From: a virus
Direction: 5' to 3' (one strand)
Virus record (IMG/VR): IMGVR_UViG_3300020468_000005
Location: 24,573-88,572 of that record
DNA length: 64,000 nt
The first letter of the stretch is position 1. The number at the start of each line of letters is the position of its first letter. The notes under the pieces were generated by a model, which did not search any database, was not told the origin of the DNA, and saw nothing but the letters and a program-made list of their open reading frames with translations. A program made the position numbers and the translations under genes. Shown here piece after piece: positions 49,459-57,000 of the stretch.

Positions 49459-51145
49459 AGAGTTTGTAACTAATACATTCCTTCCCTTTTTAAAGAAACA
49501 TCGAGATTATATACTAGATCTATATTTTACATGTAGAATCCCTCCGTTCAATCAGGACGCTATGGGGGATTGTTTTACTGCAGATCAAGCATTGATTGAT
49601 GCTGCATGTTATATCTCAAATAAATCTGACATACCCTTATCAGCAACATTTAATAATATATGGGTTAGACCCGACCAAAAGAATTTAGATTTGTGGATAG
49701 AAAACTTTGCACCCATATATGATATGGGAGTTAGAGTGGTTACTTTACCACATACAACATGGGTATCTACAGGACAAATACAATCTGCCTTTCCAGAATT
49801 GTTCATAAAGAATACTATACTTAGAGAAGTAACAAGACCTAATGAAATAGTAGCACTAGCAGAAGCAGGTTTTCATTATATAAATCTTGATCGTGATCTT
49901 ATGCGAGATAGAGATCAGTTAGTTCGTATACAAAAAGCAAAAGATTATTGTGCATTTATAAAAAAACCTGTTATGCTCTCAATGCTTGTCAATGAAACAT
50001 GTTGGGGTGGTTGCCCTATCATGCCAGAGCATTATCAATATAACAGCACTAGAACAAAAGACGATCCCATATTTTTTGCTAGTCCTATTAGTAGAGTCTC
50101 ATGTTCTACATGGGATGTTGAGCATCCAGAGTATGATTTGAAACAAGCAAACCTACCTCCATGGAGAGAGGATTGGTTAGAAATGTTAGACCTTGGAATT
50201 GATACATTCAAATTACATGGAAGAGAACATGGTATGCGTCTCTTAGAAAGTATGGAACTTATTAAAAGATGGGCAGATGAAGAAGAGTATATGTTTCCAG
50301 AGTATAAAAAATATCAAGCAGAGATGCAGATGAAAGATGCTCCCATTAATGCATGGAGACAAAAAATCAAGACATGTAAGTTTGACTGTTGGGACTGTAA
50401 CTACTGTGAGAATGTGATTGAATACCACATGAAAAAAGCAGATATAGTAGTTCACTCACAAGTAGAAACATGCATAGAAGCATTTACCAATTCAGGTAAG
50501 TACCTATCTAATCATAAAACATATGACCCTAACGATCCTGATGCATACTTTAATATACCTGGTTTGTCATCAGCTAGAGTCAGACATTTCTTAAACAATC
50601 TCTGCTCTCAAGAAGGTGCAGTGTATCTTGAGGTTGGAGTATATGCAGGTTCAACATTCTGTGCTGCTATACAAAATAATGACATGGTTGCTGCGTATGC
50701 TAATGATAACTGGTCACAACCTAATCTACAACCAGCAAGAGAGGATATAGAATTACCAATAAATGATGTGACTGTCAATACTTTTGTAGATAATTTACAA
50801 CATAACGTAGCTACTGATAGTTTGGATTTCGATATTCAAGTACTCAAAGGTGATTCGTCACAACTAGGAAAAAAGGATTTCAAACATGATGTCAATATTA
50901 TTTTCTATGATGGAGATAATGCAGAACATAAAATGATAGAATTTTTTAACCAGATGTTGACATTTACTGATAAGGTGTTTACTTTGGTTATTGATGATGC
51001 CAATGTAGAACAAAACGTTGCTATAACAAAAGGTTGGGTAGAGAAACAGCAACTAAGAGTTTTATATGAAAGAGAGTTATTGAATGATCAAGAGGATGAT
51101 AAGATGTGGTGGAACGGATTGTATGTTCTTGTAATAGCTAAATAG
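49409..51145 (+). CDS. U32-family ('peptidase U32') Fe-S protein fused to a class I SAM-dependent methyltransferase (578 aa)
   Basis: INLDRDLMRD, LVNETCWGGCP..H, SRVSC, GIDTFKLHGRE (the U32 xKxxGR motif) and CKFDCWDCNYC; C-terminal YLEVGVYAGST (motif I), IIFYDG and LVIDD (Methyltransf_24-like). GTG start at 49409 or 49412 after AGGA. Confidence 0.78.
   Translation: MVNKKVFSLPINPKLSEEFVTNTFLPFLKKHRDYILDLYFTCRIPPFNQDAMGDCFTADQALIDAACYISNKSDIPLSATFNNIWVRPDQKNLDLWIENFAPIYDMGVRVVTLPHTTWVSTGQIQSAFPELFIKNTILREVTRPNEIVALAEAGFHYINLDRDLMRDRDQLVRIQKAKDYCAFIKKPVMLSMLVNETCWGGCPIMPEHYQYNSTRTKDDPIFFASPISRVSCSTWDVEHPEYDLKQANLPPWREDWLEMLDLGIDTFKLHGREHGMRLLESMELIKRWADEEEYMFPEYKKYQAEMQMKDAPINAWRQKIKTCKFDCWDCNYCENVIEYHMKKADIVVHSQVETCIEAFTNSGKYLSNHKTYDPNDPDAYFNIPGLSSARVRHFLNNLCSQEGAVYLEVGVYAGSTFCAAIQNNDMVAAYANDNWSQPNLQPAREDIELPINDVTVNTFVDNLQHNVATDSLDFDIQVLKGDSSQLGKKDFKHDVNIIFYDGDNAEHKMIEFFNQMLTFTDKVFTLVIDDANVEQNVAITKGWVEKQQLRVLYERELLNDQEDDKMWWNGLYVLVIAK
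51138..51144 (+). promoter_or_regulatory. Late-promoter-like CTAAATA
   Basis: TAAATA core overlapping the stop codon; GAGG and the ATG at 51172 follow. Confidence 0.55.
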
Positions 51146-51171
51146 ATTTGAGGAAATTATAAGTAAGCCTG

Positions 51172-52245
51172 ATGTCTCAATTAAATGTAGGAAAGGTAGT
51201 TGCTGGTGTAGGGGTAGAATTACCAACTCTAGCTGAATCTAATAGACCAACAGCATCCAGTGGTCTAATGTTTTTCAATAGTGATAAGAACCGTGTTGAA
51301 ATTCATAGTGGTGCTGACTGGTATGTACTTAACACATTATCTTCTCAAACGTTTGGAACTGTCAGAAGTTTTGCATATACTGGTTCCGATCAACAATTCA
51401 CAGTTCCTAATGATTCAGGAAATATAACAGAACTGAGAGTCTTTATGTGGGGTGCAGGTGGAGGACCTGATGAAAGTGCTACTGCTGCTGCAGGTGCAGG
51501 TGGATATTGTAGAGGTACTATAAAAAGAAGTGATAACGGAACTATGAATGGAACTACATTTACTGTAGTTGTTGGATCAGGTGGAGTCAGAGGAACAGGA
51601 AGTTCTGACATGCCAGCTGTATATGGCGGTGGTGGAAGAGGTTCTCGTGATAGTGGTGGTGGACACGTTTCTGGAACTGGCGGTGGTCTTTCTGGTATCT
51701 TTGAAGGATCAAACCAAATATATGGTAGTAGTGCAGACCCAGTTTCTGACGTTCATACAAGAATTATTATATGTGCAGGTGGTGGCGGTGGTGCCAACGA
51801 CCAATCTAGTGGATACGCTTACGGTGGAGCTGGCGGTGGATTAGAAGGTGGTCGTGGTGGATCTCAACCATCTAACAATAACAAAGGTGGTTACGGTGGT
51901 CGTCAACAGTCTGGTTATGCAGGAAGTACATCTGGAAACCGTGTATCTGGAGGTAGATGTAGAGGTGGTGATGGAAACACTGGACAAGATAACCCAGGTG
52001 GAGGTTCAGGATTTTACGGAGGAGAATCAGGAAGTGATGATAACTCTGGAGCAGGAGGTGGATCTTCTTACTATGGAGGAAACTCTAGTTACAATGTAAC
52101 TGATGCATCTACTGAAATTGGTGGATATGGAAGTGGACAGACATATAGTACTGGTGGATCGGCTTCCCAATATTGGTCAGCTGATGTAGGAAATTCATCT
52201 CGTTCAAGTAGAGGTGGAGACGGAAAAGTAGTCATCGTTTACTAG
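51172..52245 (+). CDS. Glycine-rich putative adhesin (357 aa; Gly-rich domain of ALK/LTK or gp38 polyglycine style)
   Basis: MSQLNV start with LP....RP...G..FFNSD....E...G..W module; FAYTGSDQQFTVP, MWGAGGG, VVVGSGG, IICAGGGGG, GAGGGSSY and terminal GGDGKVVI. Confidence 0.75.
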   Translation: MSQLNVGKVVAGVGVELPTLAESNRPTASSGLMFFNSDKNRVEIHSGADWYVLNTLSSQTFGTVRSFAYTGSDQQFTVPNDSGNITELRVFMWGAGGGPDESATAAAGAGGYCRGTIKRSDNGTMNGTTFTVVVGSGGVRGTGSSDMPAVYGGGGRGSRDSGGGHVSGTGGGLSGIFEGSNQIYGSSADPVSDVHTRIIICAGGGGGANDQSSGYAYGGAGGGLEGGRGGSQPSNNNKGGYGGRQQSGYAGSTSGNRVSGGRCRGGDGNTGQDNPGGGSGFYGGESGSDDNSGAGGGSSYYGGNSSYNVTDASTEIGGYGSGQTYSTGGSASQYWSADVGNSSRSSRGGDGKVVIVY

Positions 52246-52275
52246 ACTATATAATATACATTATTATTCTAAAGC

Positions 52276-52461
52276 ATGGACATTGAAGGCATGGTCAAGG
52301 AATTCACTGACCAATTAAAAGAACAAAAGGCAACAGTTGTTGAACTAGAAAAACAACTCAAGACTCGTAATGAACAAGTATTGAGATTGGAAGGTGCAAT
52401 CGAAGCACTTAATATGACACTCAAGAAACCAGAGGAAGAAGGTGGTACGGAAGTCAAGTGA
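52276..52461 (+). CDS. Small coiled-coil protein (61 aa)
   Basis: Heptads ending in LRLEGAIEAL. Confidence 0.65.
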   Translation: MDIEGMVKEFTDQLKEQKATVVELEKQLKTRNEQVLRLEGAIEALNMTLKKPEEEGGTEVK

Positions 52462-52786
52462 GTTTAGACAAAAGGAGCATGTAGACTCTAGGCAGATATA
52501 TCTACCTTTCAAGGGAACTATCGAAACATGCCCCTATAAAGTTGGAGACTTATACGATGGTCGAGAGGTAATAGCACTGGGATTTACCGAGAATGTCTAC
52601 GGACATTACTATCATATTATTGTGGAAAGAGATAGAACTCATCTGAGAACTAAATTTCAATTTGATTCAAAGCATGATTTAAAATTCTCAAAACCATGTG
52701 AAAGGATGGGTGGTAAACCTCAGGACATGGAAAAACAATTGAGGAAATATTTACCAGATGGTCTCGCACAAGACACAGCCAACTGA
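52442..52786 (+). CDS. Hypothetical protein (114 aa)
   Basis: Overlaps both neighbours in an operon-like arrangement; no recognisable family. Confidence 0.55.
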   Translation: MVRKSSEFRQKEHVDSRQIYLPFKGTIETCPYKVGDLYDGREVIALGFTENVYGHYYHIIVERDRTHLRTKFQFDSKHDLKFSKPCERMGGKPQDMEKQLRKYLPDGLAQDTAN

Positions 52787-54005
52787 GTTAACATGCATTA
52801 GTACTAAATCTGAACTTAGAGCATGGACATCAGGTGAACTTGATAAAATTGTAACTAAGACCGATAGGTATTGGATTGAATATTCTGATGGTAATCGGTT
52901 ATTAGATTTACAGTCTGGAAACTCTGCGTATACTCTAGGGTATGGCAATAGAGAAGTCATGGATGCATTGGCATCTGAAGTTAATTTTATAAGAGGAAAT
53001 AAAGGAGAGACATGTGAACTCTCTAAGAAAATGGTCAACCTAGTTTGCTCTACAGGCAACTGGGATGTTTTGTCGTGGGCAATATCTGGATCATCAGCAG
53101 TTGAATCTGCTATCAAGATGAACGATCAGTACTGGGGTAATCAAGAAAACTTTATAGTTACGTTTGCACCTGGTTTTCATGGCACTACATATTTGACAAG
53201 AAATATGGGGGATACGTCTGATGGGATAAAAAGAATTAAGAAAGTACCAACACCTTTATGGAGAAAAGAAAAGGATCAAGAGAAGGAAGAAGATAAAGCA
53301 ATCAAGTATTTAAAACTTCTTATCAAAACATACAATTGTTGTGGTAGAAAGATAGGGTGTATTGTCATGGAAACACTACCATGGTTGAAAGGTGGTATCC
53401 CATGGTCACCACGTTGGTGGAGAACAGTACGTGATCTATGTAACGAGAATGATATATTAATGATCACTGATGACGTTTGTACGTGTTGGGGTAAAGGTGG
53501 TGGTTATCATGGTTGGCAAAAGTATGGAGTACAACCAGATATATCTGCACTCGGTAAATCTTTAACAGCTGGTTACACACCACTTGGATGTTCAGTTGCC
53601 AATAAGAAGGTAGGAGATGTATTGAAGGAACAAGATTGGGAGTTTGGACATACTTGGCAACCTACTATGACAGGTATATCTGCTATGAATGCAGTTAATA
53701 ATATAATAATTAGAGATAATTTGTTTGAATTATGCAAACCAATAGAGGACAGTCTAAGGTTTTTTGCTGAGGATTGTCTCGATAGGGGATATATTACTGG
53801 GTATAGAGTGAGTGATTTATTCCTATCACTTGATGTAAAAGAGGAGTTAGACCCAGAAGCATTAATTCAATCTGGACTAGCATTGAGTAAGACAAGAGAC
53901 AAATCAGTAAGAATAGTTGCTAACTTCTTAGCTGATCAAGAATTCTTTGACGAAATGCAAAAAAGACTATTCGGTTTCTTTAGTATAAATACATCTGAAG
54001 GATAA
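52758..54005 (+). CDS. Class III PLP-dependent aminotransferase (BioA / omega-transaminase-like, 415 aa)
   Basis: DGNRLLDLQSG...LGY, SGSSAVESAIK, FHGTT, ILMITDDVCTCWGK, QPDISALGKSLTAGYTPLG (PLP lysine codon at about 53556) and FGHTW. Confidence 0.88.
   Translation: MVSHKTQPTELTCISTKSELRAWTSGELDKIVTKTDRYWIEYSDGNRLLDLQSGNSAYTLGYGNREVMDALASEVNFIRGNKGETCELSKKMVNLVCSTGNWDVLSWAISGSSAVESAIKMNDQYWGNQENFIVTFAPGFHGTTYLTRNMGDTSDGIKRIKKVPTPLWRKEKDQEKEEDKAIKYLKLLIKTYNCCGRKIGCIVMETLPWLKGGIPWSPRWWRTVRDLCNENDILMITDDVCTCWGKGGGYHGWQKYGVQPDISALGKSLTAGYTPLGCSVANKKVGDVLKEQDWEFGHTWQPTMTGISAMNAVNNIIIRDNLFELCKPIEDSLRFFAEDCLDRGYITGYRVSDLFLSLDVKEELDPEALIQSGLALSKTRDKSVRIVANFLADQEFFDEMQKRLFGFFSINTSEG
53984..53991 (+). 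promoter_or_regulatory. T4-type late promoter TATAAATA upstream of the subtilisin gene
   Basis: Exact consensus about 28 nt before the ATG at 54019. Confidence 0.75.
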
Positions 54006-54018
54006 TAGTGCCAACCTA

Positions 54019-57000
54019 ATGAAGAGGGTAGTCGTCAGGGTATCCGATAACTATAGTATAGATTCAGCAGCAGCTGCAATTCTAAAATTATATGGTTATC
54101 TGACCTTTGTAGAATCATTTAGAAGTTTTTCCATAATCACATTTGATTGTCCAGAAAAGTATTCAAGCGGATTGCTTGATAAATTAAATGCTTTAGGACC
54201 TATTAAGAAGTGTACGTGGGATGGTGAGAAATTTGAAGTTGCTCCCGTGGATACTGGTGCAACATTAAGTGTAGATAATTCAAGTAGTTTAGAAATTAAT
54301 ACTAGTGGAGAATCAAATACAACTGCAAACACTAGAAATTTAGTTACCAGTGGTTCTGGTACAATATATGTAAAAGTACAAAATATTGGTGGACAAAATC
54401 TATATGTATTTTCCAGTAGTATTAGCGGAACATATTCTGTCTTTGCAAACCAAACTGGATTTGTGCAAGGTGGTACATATACATTTGACCAATCAGATTC
54501 TTCAAACGCTACACATCCACTTAGATTCTCTACTACGCCAGATGGAATACACATAACAGGTGGGTCAGAAATGACCACAGGTGTATCAACAACTGGAACA
54601 CCAGGTACTAATGGTACAACAGTATTGACTGTAAGTTCTGCAACACCATCAATATTATATTTCTATTGTGTTGCTCATCCTGGCATGGGTAGATATCAAG
54701 TTTCACCTATCAATAGGTATGGAACTGTTAACATCCATGACTACTGGCACTTAGATAGAATTACAAAACAAGACAGGCAATATTTAAACGGACAGTATAG
54801 TTACACTCAAGCAGGTGATGGAGTAGACATATATGTAATTGATACTGGTGTTCGTGGTGCAAGTAGACCAACAGGTAACAACGCAGCATTACATCCAGAG
54901 TTATACGATCCAGATTTTGTCAGTGACCTGAATGGTACTTCTGAACAACAGAACTACAGAGTATTTCAGTTGAGTCATTATGCGGGTGCATATGGAACTA
55001 ACAATGAGGATGATAACGGGCACGGTACATATTGTGCAATTCTTTCAGCTGGTAGAACAGCTGGCGTAGCAAAAGATGCAAAGATATATGCATTGAAAGC
55101 ATTTAGCTCAAGTAACCAAGGATCTTATACTGCAATACTTGGAGCATATCAAGCAGTTATAGATCATAATGATAATACTAGTGGAGATTATAAAAACAAT
55201 ACTAGACCAGCAATTATCAATGCTTCATTCGGACCTACCATTCCTAGTGAAGGATATCCTTATGTAGAACTAAACGATGCAGGTTCTGATAGCGGTGTTG
55301 ATGAAGAAATGTTAGATGACATTGAAGGAACAATATCATCAAGTTATAACATATTAGTGGTAAGATCTGCAGGTAATGGATTTAAAAATGCCAGTGATCA
55401 GTTTGTAGGACCAATGCAAACAAAAGCAATTGCAGGTAGTAGAACTGCTGGTTATGCAGATAACACAGATGGTGGTATTAATAACGTAGATGCTGATCAG
55501 AAAAAGATATGTGTTGGTGCATCAGAATATAATGACAGGTGGGCAGACTTTTCAAACTATGGTGCAGGTGTAACAACTGTTGCTCCTGGTGCTAGAATAT
55601 TGAGTCCTGCATATGATTGGACTGCTAATACACCATATACAAGTCCATCAAATTACAATACTATAAACGGTACATCATTCTCTTGCCCCATAGTAGTTGG
55701 TATTATGGCTTGTTACTTTAGTAAGAATGGATATACATCTAACACAAATAATTTAGCAGGTACCTCAAAGGTTTACCACAGAATTTATGCTGCAGCTGGA
55801 AATTTAACTGTTCTGGGAACTAATAACTATCCCACTAACAGTATAGAAGATAAAAAACTTATTGATAATCCATATGAAACTTCCAATGGATCAAATCAGT
55901 TGCTTGTTAAATTTAATCCTTCTGATTCAGCTCACTTCATTGGTAATGTTGGTAAGAAATGTCAATTAAGAACTACAGGTTCAACAGCAGGTGCTGGTGG
56001 TGCTACACCTACTGCATTTAATGTAACTACAACTTCACCTTCGTTCTCATACTATACTTTAAATGGAACTGACAGAAATGGTGCGGTAAGTGGAAACAAT
56101 GCAGGTGTTGCTGTATATGTTGGAGACACCATTAATTTTAATCTATCAGGTGTTAGTGGTTCTCACCCATTTTATATTAAAACTGTACAGGGAACTGGAA
56201 CTGGTAATCAGGTAAGTACACCAGCTGCTACTGGACAAGGATCTACAGGAACTACAACTGTGTCATGGACACCAAACACAGCAGGTACATATTATTATCA
56301 GTGTTCTGCACATAATGCAATGAATGGAACTATTACTGTCAGCAATGCACCTGGTAGTGGTACTGGAGTTACTGTTGGTGGTATCAATGTTTCTGAATTA
56401 TCACAAAGTGGTTGGTTAACTATACAGGCAGAGAACGCTGTTGACAATACAATAACTTTATTCGCTTCTAGTAATGCTACTGGAAGTACTACTGGTGGTG
56501 GATCAAATAATTACTTAGCACTTATAAAGTCAGAAGACTTACTACACGAGAGTTATGATGGTGTTGTATCTACATCAACAACTTTAAGATCTCAAACTGA
56601 TACACAAGAAGCTGCTGGTACTGGTACATATACTGATGTAATTTATTACCCAGTAGATAGCGGTGTTGATTTTAATTATTCTTTATCTACACAATCACTT
56701 ACCAGTAAACGTGGTGCGTTTTTCCCATACATAGACACCAATGTCACTTGGACTACTTCATCTGGATCTATAGCAACATATTCAAATGGTGATAGTGTTA
56801 ATATTGATCTAGGTTTAGATGGAACAACTTTTGCAAGTGAACCAACCTTTGAATTTTACACTCTCAGTGGTGATTCAATTGGATCATCAGGTCTTTCATT
56901 AGATCAGTCAACAGGTATATTGAGTGGAACTGTAACTGCAGATTATATTGATACGACATTTAACTTTACTATTACTGAGAATATAACAGCAAATGCAAGA

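Noticed and set aside
49409-50450. Calling the U32 domain a collagenase or protease
   Set aside because: That is a legacy family name; characterised members are Fe-S hydroxylation factors, and the Cys clusters here fit that role better.
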